From: Laetmonice hystrix
Taxonomy: Eukaryota
Direction of reading: 5' to 3'
NCBI GenBank assembly: GCA_965235115.1
Contig: OZ249453.1
Location: 7,998,001 to 8,062,000 of the forward strand
DNA length: 64,000 nt
Below are positions 27,216-38,669 of the stretch, piece after piece (position 1 is the first letter of the stretch; each line of letters begins with the position of its first letter). The notes beneath the pieces were generated by a model. The model ran no database searches, was not told the origin of the DNA, and was given only the letters and a program-made list of their open reading frames with translations. A program made the translations under genes and the position numbers.

Positions 27216-29266
27216 CTGAAGACAAACAGATAAATCATCAGTACGTCCTAGAGGTTTAATATTCATAACTAAATCAGTATATAATATATGCATCATTTAG
27301 AATCGCAATAAAATGTATTAATTACACAGGGCATACACGTGGCACGTTTGACGTTAAACATTCCTGTGTTAGGTCACGTATGTGTCAACTGAGTTCGACC
27401 ACATTCGGTTTAAAATCATTGATAATGGCTACGACGCAATCCCACGCAATCCCACGCAGTACCATGCGATGCGACGCGACGCGACGCGATGCGACCGACG
27501 CGATGTGTGGTGGGGGTACTGATTTCTGTTGATTCACTGGTGTGGTGATTGACAAGGTGGCAGTGGCCGCCAGAGCGCAGGACTGATTTTCTTTCTTGCC
27601 CTTTTTTTTAACTTCAGTAATAATGTGTCGTGTTTTTTTCACAAATAAATATTTCATACAGTTAAAGTTTATGAGAATAAAATTCTCGCTACACTGATTT
27701 ATTGCACTGAAATTATCATACGTAACTAGTGTTGATATCAGACAGGGGCAGCACGATTACAGAATTATAGAAAAACACACGCATGAACGAGCCAAACGTT
27801 TCATGTCGGTTTGTTTACTGTCATGTGGTGATGCATGTCCTGTTGGTGACAATCCAGACAGAGAACCGAAGTTCAATATTATTTTCCCGGAAGGTTGAAG
27901 CACAGTTAGATACTCACAACGTTTAGAATCCGCCTACAATGAATTAATTTGTAATGATTCTGGTGAATTCTACCAACACACACATTTCTTACTCTAGAGA
28001 ACATCATTAACTATTCCTAAAGTTTCTTCCGAGATCCTATACAGCCTTAAACAGGCAAACCTTGATCCTACCCTGCACCAAACATCACCGATTTGTCCTC
28101 AGATTCCATGCAGTACGAACGCTACCGTATTCCTGCCATTTTACGTCTGCCCGTATACCCACCAGTCAATTGGTGAACACTTTATCCAAGGAGTTGCTTT
28201 ATGTTTGCACCCACTTTGTAGCATTAACTCATGTGTAGAGAACGCCCTGTGTGCGTGAGATCGACCTTAACGGTGTTGTTGACACAGTGGCAGGGAGCCA
28301 AGTACACCCATCCTCCGGCCAATCACAATGCAGCAACAATTGGGGCGTGACGTCACTGCCTTACCGTCTGCGCCAATGATTATGTGCATGACAATGAGAG
28401 CACTCGACACAAGCCCTGAGGAGTGAAGTCTGAAAGCAGGGCACGGGATGTATGTCTTTCTAACGATGACGTCGACATACGACCATGTTAACACTGACTG
28501 TGTAGGTTTTCCGACCAACCACCGTACATCTCCAACATGACATCACAACGGGTCGTTGTGACGTCACACACGTGCTCCCCAGACGCTCTTAATTCTCCAG
28601 GATTTTCAAATGGCTAACGCAACTCTTCACATGGCTACTCCCAAAACCCAAGGAGAAGAAGAGACCTTTTAGCGGACGCCGAAACGTCTATGAATAATTT
28701 CACTTAATATAGTTGTATTTGGTTCAAACATTATTCAGAAAACACCCACTTGGCTCCCTTGTATTATTTAGGTCTTTCTGGGGAGATAGCTGACATCCCT
28801 CCCGGGAAAAATCTCAAGATATCACCGTGGAAATAACCACTTTTTAATCTCTCTATTGATAATTTCTCCCTTTAAAGAGGCATGTCTGTAGATAGTAACA
28901 AAAACAACTTCTTTTGCTGTTTTGGTGATGTGGTATTTCGTGGAAATTGATAAACAAAGGGCGCAAGATTATCGTCACTTTCCGTCAGAAATCAGCATTT
29001 CTGAACAAGCCCAATGGATTTGGCAAACTTGGTCGAGTAGATTTTTTTCCGCGGCATGTTTTGTCTGACCGTGGCCGAGCAGTGTTTGGAAGGAAGCGCA
29101 CGTACGCGTGTTTTCTATTTAACATGGTGGTGTACACAATACAGTGACGTTGTACACAGCCGCGGGGAATCATGGGACGGCCAGATGACCTACTTAAATC
29201 AGAATATGGCGTCAAGTTAGAATGACCTTTATATTTAGGGTCACTTTACACTGTCTCCCGACTCAC

Positions 29267-29620
29267 CTCTGGGGGCTCCTCCTCGTCGGCCGGGTGGGGT
29301 TCCGTACTGACTACAGGATACAAATAGTTCTCGCTACTGTCTGAGGAATCAACTCCTGACGTTCCCGGCATGTTGACACTGCTCACAGTGCCGTTAAAAT
29401 GATTGTCTATTGTCTCTTTGAGCGCCATGACGGGCGAGCCGTGACTGCGCAGGTCATTCGCTTCGAACGCTTCGCGGAGCGCACTCATGGAAACGCTGGC
29501 TTGTGATTGGCTGAGATTACCGTTCTGTTTGCTTGGAGAGGACGATGCATACATTGAGTGGCGCTGTTGTTCCTCGTGGAATAAGGCTTTGTGTTTACTT
29601 TTGCCAACCATATGTTTTGC
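29267..29620 (-). CDS. SH2D5: SH2D5-like exon, Ser-rich low-complexity region (AKHMVGKSKH...EEEPPE), includes ENYLYP tyrosine motif
   Basis: ttcctttttag| ... gag|gtgagt, 354 nt, phase 0/0, continuous with the neighbouring exons. Confidence 0.78.
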
Positions 29621-30110
29621 CTAAAAAGGAAAAACACATTGAAAGTGTTAATCAAACACATATTTATGTAAGGGAAAATTTCTGAACTGGCTCTAGATGT
29701 TTGTTTTTACCGGCAGATTTTGTGGATACGTTAACATGGGCGTCCTACCCCACCAACATGTCCCTCATGACCTGGGAACCTACTACTATGTCCCTCCATG
29801 TAATGAGGGACCAGTCAATGTCCCTTCATTGAAGGACTAATCAATTCGGACATGGACTTTTGAACCCTGTCCCTCTCACATCATAAACCAGGACATAGAT
29901 CAACCCATCCGACCCTCACAGGACATAGACCAACCCACCCTGACCCTCACAGGACATAAGTTACTAACCCGCCCTGACCCTCACAGGACATACCTAACCC
30001 CTCTCCCTCATGTATATCACATGGTCCTTCTGTGTGTTTTTGTAATATGCAGAGATGCAATACACCAACAGACCCAAGTCTTGCCATTCATCAGAGGACG
30101 AACATAACCA

Positions 30111-31600
30111 ACTCCACTGTGGATTCCTCGACTGTAAGATATAGTTGAAGAGACTCCACTGTGGATCCCCCCACTGTATGATATAGTTGAAGAGACTCCA
30201 CTGTGGATTCTCCCACTGTAAGATATAGCTGAAGAGACTCCACTGTGGATTCTCCCACTGTATGATATAGTTGTGGAGACTCCACTGTGGATTCCCCCAC
30301 TGTATGATATAGTTGAAGAGACTCCACTGTGGATTCTCCCACTGTATGATATAGTTGTGGAGACTCCACTGTGGATTCTCCCACTGTATGATATAGTTGT
30401 GGAGACTCCACTGTGGATTCCCCCACTGTATGATATAGTTGTGGAGACTCCACTGTGGATTCTCCCACTGTATGATATAGTTGTGGAGACTCCACTGTGG
30501 ATTCTCCCACTGTATGATATAGTTGTGGAGACTCCACTGTGGATCCCCCCACTGTATGATATAGTTGAAGAGACTCCACTGTGGATTCTCCCACTGTATG
30601 ATATAGTTGAAGAGACTCCACTGTGGATTCTCCCACTGTATGATATAGTTGAAGAGACTCCACTGTGGATTCCCCCACTGTAAGATATAGTTGAAGAGAC
30701 TCCACTGTGGATTCCCCCCACTGTATGATATAGTTGAAGAGACTCCACTGTGGATTCCCCCACTGTATGATATAGTTAAAGAGACTCCATTGTGGATTCT
30801 CCCACTGTAAGATATAGTTGAAGAGACTCCACTGTGGATTCCCCCACTGTATGATATAGTTGTGGAGACTCCACTGTGGATTCTCCCACTGTATGATATA
30901 GTTGAAGAGACTCCACTGTGGATTCTCCCCCTGTATGATATAGTTGAAGAGACTCCACTGTGGATTCTCCCACTGTAAGATATAGTTGAAGAGACTCCAC
31001 TGTGGATTCTCCCACTGTAAGATATAGTTGTGGAGACTCCACTGTGGATTCCTGCACTGTAAGATATAGTTGAAGAGACTCCACTGTGGATTCCCCCACT
31101 GTAAGATATAGTTGAAGAGACTCCACTGTGGATTCCCCCACTGTAAGATATAGTTGTGGAGACTCCACTGTGGATTCCTGCACTGTAAGATATAGTTGAA
31201 GAGACTCCACTGTGGATTCCCCCACTGTAAGATATAGTTGAAGAGACTCCACTGTGGATTCCCCCACTGTAAGATATAGTTGAAGAAACTCCACTGTGGA
31301 TCCTCCCACTGTATGATATAGTTGAAGAGACTCCACTGTGGATTCCCCCACTGTAAGATATAGTTGAAGAGACTCCACTGTGGATTCCCCCACTGTATGA
31401 TATAGTTGTGGAGACTCCACTGTGGATTCCCCCACTGTAAGATATAGTTGAAGAGACTCCACTGTGGATTCCCCCACTGTATGATATAGTTGAAGAGACT
31501 CCACTGTGGATTCTCCCACTGTAAGATATAGTTGAAGAGACTCCACTGTGGATTCTCCCACTGTAAGATATAGTTGAAGAGACTCCACTGTGGATTCTCC
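30111..31600. repeat. Minisatellite, 42-bp unit, ~35.5 copies (intronic)
   Basis: GAGACTCCACTGTGGATT... every 42 bp. Source of ORFs 30017-31677. Confidence 0.98.
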
Positions 31601-32287
31601 AATTGCAAGATAGTTGAAGAGACCAGACAGCCTCGCGTATTTATTTCTTTATTTGTAGTCTGCCAGTTTTTTTGCATTCCGAACTTGTCTCCCCTCCGTC
31701 GAGCTTCTATTCAACCAGACACCAAAAAACTACGTTCTTTCATCACCCGCCGCTCGGCGCCCACCAGCGTCCCCTGGTGGGAATCCGGTGAACAATTCGT
31801 CTTTCTAGCCACGCAGTTACCCCTACAATGGCTGTCAGTTGATGAAAGAAACCTCCAAGACTTACAAGGGAGTGGCGACTCGTGGCAAGTCTGTAAGCTT
31901 TGGGGGGGGGGGGGGAACAGACAGGTAAGTCTATATCCCTCCGCGGTCGGACATGTCAGAACACGTCCCGCGGAGGGATACACGTTCTGCCCGACTGGAA
32001 CTAAAGTCGAGCGTTCTCCCGACGTTATCGTCTGGGGAAACAACAAACGTTCCTTTCAGACTACGTCAGCGAATGTAAGGACGGAATGTCCTTTCTATTC
32101 GTGTCAATACATGTAGTACAGCGTAATGCAGCGGCATTCTTGAGACTTGGCTCCGATTTCATACATTTAGCAGAGTGTAAGAACGCGGTCACATAATGGT
32201 ACTTTGGGTAACTGCTCATTGTGATACCGTCAGTCGGTAGGAAATAACCTGTGGACCCTGGTCAGTTTAGTGTGGTTCCAGGTGCGG

Positions 32288-32585
32288 GTCAGCTGAACTC
32301 ACCTGAGTGAGTGGTCAGCTGATCTCACGTCAGTAAGTGGTCAGCTGGTCTCACCTGAGTGAGTGGTCAGCTGATCTCACGTCAGTAAGTGGTCAGCTGG
32401 TCTCACCTGAGTGAGTGGTCAGCTGAACTCACCTGAGTAAGTGGTCAGCTGATCTCACCTGAGTGAGTGGTCAGCTGAACTCACCTCAGTGAGTGGTCAG
32501 CTGATCTCACCTCAGTGAGTGGTCAGCTGGTCTCACCTGAGTGAGTGGTCAGCTGAACTCACCTGAGTGAGTGGTCAGCTGAACT
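32288..32585. repeat. Minisatellite, 26-bp quasi-palindromic unit GGTCAGCTGA(A/T)CTCACCTGAGTGAGT, ~11.5 copies
   Basis: Direct inspection. Confidence 0.95.
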
Positions 32586-32831
32586 AACTGGCAGTCGGTA
32601 AGTCCAAAAGCTTCGAGAAGATGGGAATTTTTGCACTCACCGACTGTAACGTTACATGTACTGACGTCCGATAACCTACAACCTATTTATGGACGGTATT
32701 GCTGACATCACGCATTTTTCTCTTCTCTCTGCTTTCCTCTTCTCTCACTAGATTAGGTCAATACTTTTACCATGGAATAAAGACAATAGGTGGCCTCAGA
32801 GCCGACCTCTACCTCTGTTTCACCTCCACGA

Positions 32832-32910
32832 CAGTTGCATGACTCTCCGTTCGTTAATTTCTCCATGTATTTTCAATGAGAATTTTAACGAACGGAGAGT
32901 CATGCAACTG
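32832..32910. repeat. 79-bp foldback with a perfect 26-bp inverted repeat
   Basis: CAGTTGCATGACTCTCCGTTCGTTAA ... TTAACGAACGGAGAGTCATGCAACTG. Confidence 0.92.
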
Positions 32911-33703
32911 GCCAGGCCTCGTTAAAATAATGGGAAACACAGCTTGAAAGAGACGGGGGAACAGGGGGTAAAACTACGACCTAAAGGGTGCACTATGAGC
33001 CTACTGATGGTGGACAACACTTTCGATGAGGCTGGAGGTACCCGTATAATGGCAGTGAAAAACTATAAATTTTACATGACTAATGTAGCGTGAAACCGGC
33101 ACACGCCGTTCTGACGGCTTGTCTAATGGTGGATCCCATCACTGTGAACATACAGCGGGAGTACACGGAGACAATGAGTAATGATTGATGTTTATTGTCG
33201 GCTAGGGGCCGCATTAACAGGCACAGTGAAAGGAGCTGATGTAAATAGCTTGCTGGGCCGACGTCTAGTACTTACTATATGACAGCTCTGAAATGTGTTT
33301 TATGGGCACATTAAATTGTCAGTCTTATAAATGGCGCCCCAGCCGACAGCCACTCGCCTTCGCACAGATTTCTCTCACAGTTTTTCTTGCATTTCAACCG
33401 TTCAATTTGTGTAATTCCTACTTTAGCCTGTAATTCACAGCTGACTCTAACGTTACTGAGGTGTTTCTATAAGTCTTGCACGAATAACGTATCAAAGCGG
33501 TCGGCACTTTAAGTAGCACATCGCCAGTCTGTAAATCCTATCTTTAAAGCTACTTCGTTAATACATAACAAAAAGGCTTTCATTTCTATACAACTCACAT
33601 GATTTTTACGGGAAAATAATTTTCGAGTTATCCTCAGAGATTCTTTCACAAATTGGCCGGAAATCGAAACGTGAATGCGGAAGTACATAAAACCCGACCT
33701 TAC

Positions 33704-34012
33704 CCAAGACGTTCGGTCCTTTCCGGCTAACCGGTTCATCTGTTTTTCCTTCTCCAGCTGTTCCATTTCCAGCCTGCGCCGTTCCTTCCTTTCCCTGACC
33801 CTATCCTCGATGGTGGCCGTAGATATTTGTTTGAGTTTACGGTCAAGCATGGTCTGTCTTTGTTTGTTAACCTGTTCCATCTTCTGCCTCTGTTCCTCCA
33901 GCTGTTGCTCAATGAGCTCGTGAAATGTCGGCTGCTGAAGCTGTTCAGCTTGTCGCTGGTACGCGTACGCCATTTTGAACGCGTTCCCGACAATGTTATT
34001 TAATTCTTCGGC
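33704..34012 (-). CDS. SH2D5: SH2D5-like exon: PTB C-terminal helix (AEELNNIVGNAFKMAY) plus E/Q/R/K-rich coiled coil
   Basis: ttttctag| ... tgg|gtaagg, 309 nt, phase 0/0, open frame. A..I...I..AF..AY is the PTB terminal helix pattern. Confidence 0.88.
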
Positions 34013-34990
34013 CTAGAAAAGACGAAATATTGGCTAAAATAGAGCTCTAAAATAGTACTGGTTACTTACTGAATAAAATGAATTTATAATAGAACCAATA
34101 AATATCATTTTAAATTGAGGACCGAGAGTCTAGAGATAATATACACATGTTGACTGGAAAATGATTAGCATTAAAATGATTCGGACCACGTGACCCAGAA
34201 CCGACCAATCAGAGCGCAGAAAACAAAGTAGGCGTGTTATAAACGACTCTGCTGCCTTCATCAAAACGTCACCTGACCTATATCAACCTCTTGTTCTATG
34301 TCTCCTCTATTCGTAATTGTAGACCATAAGCCACAATAAACAAACTTTTTGTGCACAGTCTGACAGTTTTCTTACATATTTCCAACACTTTTTCAAACAT
34401 TTCCTTATTTTCACATCCCCATCCATCGTTTCAATCTACCATTCAATTTGTTTGAGGCTCCCTCAAGTGTAACTAAGTAAAATGTGACAACGTTGTCAGA
34501 AACACGCCCCCGGTTACGATTTGTCAGCAGTCAAGACCGCATAACGGAACAAAAAACATTGAACTGTCTTTTCTTATTTTAAACGACATTAATCAATCAT
34601 CACCAAGGCCCAGTTCTGACGTCAACAAAGATCCGGAAATGGTAAGAAAAAAAAATCCACAGAAACAAAACATCAGTCGTGCTGACATTTGTTGCTGTTC
34701 GTGGTAAAATAAAACAGATTTTAAAATAATCTGGACCACAGCCTGTGAAACGAGAAATAAAAAAAATCCTGGCTTTAAATATTCAACGTGCGTCCAACAA
34801 CCACTATGACATAAAATACACCGGTGTGTGGATTTGAATTAACATGTTGGGCAGGCGGTTCCGCCTAGTCCCATTTGTTCAGATAATGAACGTTCTTCAA
34901 GAGAGGAACTTTACGTAAAATGTTCATGAGTTATAAATAGATTGGTGCGCTACAGGACGCCGCCTGGCGGGAGATCAGTCTATCACTTAC

Positions 34991-35137
34991 CTGGTCTGGC
35001 GTTCCAGTGACGAACGCGTGACAATACTGTATACTTGTGTGTCCCTTGGGCTCACGGGCGAGGAAGGAAAACTGTTGGTTTTCAGGGTCGCACGTTGCAT
35101 AGGAGATCCGCTTCAAGGCATGTGCCATATATACACT
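34991..35137 (-). CDS. SH2D5: SH2D5-like PTB exon 3 (SVYMAHALKRISYATCDPENQQFSFLAREPKGHTSIQYCHAFVTGTPDQ)
   Basis: tgttacag| ... cag|gtaagt, 147 nt, phase 0/0. MAHALKRISY...F.F.AR.P....CH.F closely resembles SH2D5 (recalled MAHALRRILY...FAFMARNP...CHLF). Confidence 0.9.
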
Positions 35138-35885
35138 CTGTAACATACATAACACATTGGGTATTAGATACACTCTGTGACGTCATACATAACACATAGG
35201 GTATTATATACACTCTGTAACACACATAACACATAGACACTCTGTAACACACATAGAGTATTATAATATATCACTCTGTAACATACATAACACATTGGGT
35301 ATTAGATACACTCTGTGACGTCATACATAACACATAGGGTATTATATACACTCTGTAACACACATAACACATAGACACTCTGTAACACACATAGAGTATT
35401 ATAATATATCACTCTGTAACATACATAACACATAGGGTATTATATACACTCTGTAACACACATAACACATAGACACTCTGTAACACACATAACACATAGA
35501 GTATTATATATCACTCTGTAACATACATAACACATATGGTATTATATATCACTCTGTAACATACATAACACATAGGGTATTATATACACTCTGTAACATA
35601 CATAACACATAGAGTATTATATATCACTCTGTAACATACATAACACATAGGGTATTATATACACTCTGTAACATACATAACACATAGAGTATTATATATC
35701 ACTCTGTAACATACATAACACATAGGGTATTATATACACTCTGTAACATACATAACACATAGAGTATTATATATCACTCTGTAACATACATAACACATAG
35801 GGTATTATATACACTCTGTAACATACATAACACATAGAGTATTATATATCACTCTGTAACATACATAACAAATAGGGTATTATAT
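35131..35885. repeat. Complex minisatellite, 37/38-bp units forming a 75-bp higher-order repeat, abutting the exon 35137 acceptor
   Basis: CACTCTGTAACA recurs. TAACACATAGG at 35641 and 35716 gives the 75-bp period. Confidence 0.95.
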
Positions 35886-36652
35886 AGGCGGAGTTAGTCG
35901 GTAACATATAATGTATCAAATGTAATCTATGGGAGATCAGATGACGACTCCGAACTGGAACTATAATCTCAACCCTTCAGATAATTCCTGTACAAACCGA
36001 AATCCAAAGACCAGCACGGTGATTGGCGGTTCAAACACAACTAACGCTGTGATTGGCTCATCATCAGAAAACAAAACGATGATTGGCTGATTACAAGAAA
36101 CGAAGGCTGTGATTGGCTGATCACGAGGTTGTGCGACCAATCCTTGCTTACAACCACTGCACACCCACCTTTTCTCCCCCTCCCTTCCATCCCATAATGA
36201 TCAATCAATATTTGATGCTAACAATACCATAAATCCCAATCTATGATTGCCTTCCTTGTTCCCGTGACTAAATCATTAATCTACAAACCACAAAATAATT
36301 AATCTACAAACCACAGCAGCCTTTCGTCCACCAATCTGCTCTCAAGGTGACCACTCTCAGTACAACTTCTAGTTACGAATGTTTTAAATGGCCCTCCCTC
36401 CCCCTCTTTATATCCAAGTTTATTATCTTGTCTTTTTGTAATCTTTCATGTCAAGAGGTAGGTTCCCGTCCTTCCAACCCTTTGGTTGTCAGATATTAAT
36501 CCCAGTAATCCCCTAAAGCAGGATACTTCTTCTAATGTGTCACATGATAGAGACTGGATTAGTCGTCAGATCTGTCTATCGCTGCGAACTAAGTCTGAGT
36601 CTTCGAGGTTCAAATACAACAATTCGACTTCACATAATTCAGTTACTGACTG

Positions 36653-37475
36653 ACAACTGCTCACATCAAACATGTCTGTTCAACTGCTCACATCAAACAT
36701 GTCTGTTTATGCTCACATCAAACATGTCTGTTCAACTGCTCACATCAAACATGTCTGTTCAACCGCTCACACCAAACATGTCTGTTCAACTGCTCACATC
36801 AAACATGTCTGTTCAACCGCTCACATCAAACATGTCTGTTCAACTGCTCACATCAAACATGTCTGTTCAACTGCTCACATCAAACGTGTCTGTTCAACTG
36901 CTCACATCAAACATGTCTGTTCAACTGCTCACACCAAACATGTCTGTCCAACTGCTCACACCAAACATGTCTGTTCAACTGCTCACATCAAACATGTCTG
37001 TTCAACTGCTCACATCAAACATGTCTGTTCAACTGCTCACATCAAACATGTCTGTTCAACTGCTCACATCAAACATGTCTGTTCAACCGCTCACACCAAA
37101 CATGTCTGTTCAACTGCTCACACCAAACATGTCTGTTCAACTGCTCACATCAAACATGTCTGTTCAACTGCTCACATCAAACATGTCTGTCCAACTGCTC
37201 ACATCAAACATGTCTGTTCAACTGCTCACATCAAACATGTCTGTTCAACCGCTCACATCAAACATGTCTGTTCAACTGCTCACATCAAACATGTCTGTTC
37301 AACCACTTACATCAAACATGTCTGTTCAACTGCTCACATCAAACATGTCTGTTCAACTGCTCACATCAAACATGTCTGTTCAACTGCTCACATCAAACAT
37401 GTCTGTTCAACTGTTCACATCAAACATGTCTGTTCAACTGCTCACATCAAACATGTCTGTCCAACTGCTCACATC
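36653..37475. repeat. Minisatellite, 27-bp unit CTGCTCACATCAAACATGTCTGTTCAA, ~30 copies
   Basis: Direct inspection. Confidence 0.98.
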
Positions 37476-38354
37476 CTAACGTATCCACGTTATAAACCAT
37501 CACTCAGCTGGCATGTTTTGTTTGAAACATCTCATCCTAAACAGACCACCACAGGTTTGTCGCTCACAGTGGCCAGGTCAGTCACGGCACAGACTCGGAC
37601 AAACTTTACAAGTCTTGTCTTGTTTTCTGTGTCTATGATTCAAATGTTGTCTTGTTACCTGGCGGACTGTATAGAGGTAAAAAGTCACCAGGTGTGCCAC
37701 TACAGGTCCACAATGCAGTAATTGAATATAATGTATCGTTAACAAGCAATGATACGATTCGACTCACGTGGTATAACCGCTGTAGACCTGACCTCGGGGA
37801 TAAGTTTTTCTTCCTAAAACTTGTTTCTCAGTGCACGCTATAACTTTGGTTCACTCAACGCTCACGACAAGGGCACTGAGGCTGTTGTTGACATCTTTGT
37901 CCGCTAGGTGTCGTATATAAATAAGGCTTACCTCATCCCCGTCTGGGGCTCCATAGCCTGTCCTGTGACTGCACAGCCTGATGTGAAGTGACTAGTAGCT
38001 ACTTGAAACAACTTAAGGTTGCTTATCAACACTTGGTGGAGGGCTCAAGTCTGGGGTAGGGTAATCAGTGTTACCCAGTAGCTTGCGATACCACGCCCCC
38101 TGCCGCTATTGTGAGTACCTATTGAATAGTCGACCCCCTTAATGTGGCAGTTGCTGCCGAGACCCCAGACCAATCAATCTAACACACAAAAGGCGTTTGA
38201 CACATGCCACGGTTCAATGCTTCACTGACTCAAAGAAATTCCGCCGGGGTCATGTCTGACATCGACTTCCGGGTCATTGCCACAGTTCCTGGCTGACGAC
38301 ATTTAGAAGTCTCCCGAGTACAACATGACTGAGACCGTAGATCTATAAATACTC

Positions 38355-38669
38355 TGATCTATGCTGGGACTTACTCTAATAATCTTGTAAGGGTTTATGT
38401 GATCAATGCTGGGACTTACTCTAATAATCTTGTAAGGGTTTATGTGATCAATGCTGGGACTCACTCTAATAATCTTGTAAGGGTTTATGTGATCAATGCT
38501 GGGACTTACTCTAATAATCTTGTAAGGGTTTATGTGATCAATGCTGGGACTCACTCTAATAATCTTGTAAGGGTTTATGTGATCAATGCTGGGACTTACT
38601 CTAATAATCTTGTAAGGGTTTATGTGATCAATGCTGGGACTTACTCTAATAATCTTGTAGGGGTTTATG
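38355..38669. repeat. Minisatellite, 45-bp unit, 7 copies
   Basis: ATGCTGGGACT(T/C)ACTCTAATAATCTTGTAAGGG... every 45 bp. Confidence 0.97.
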
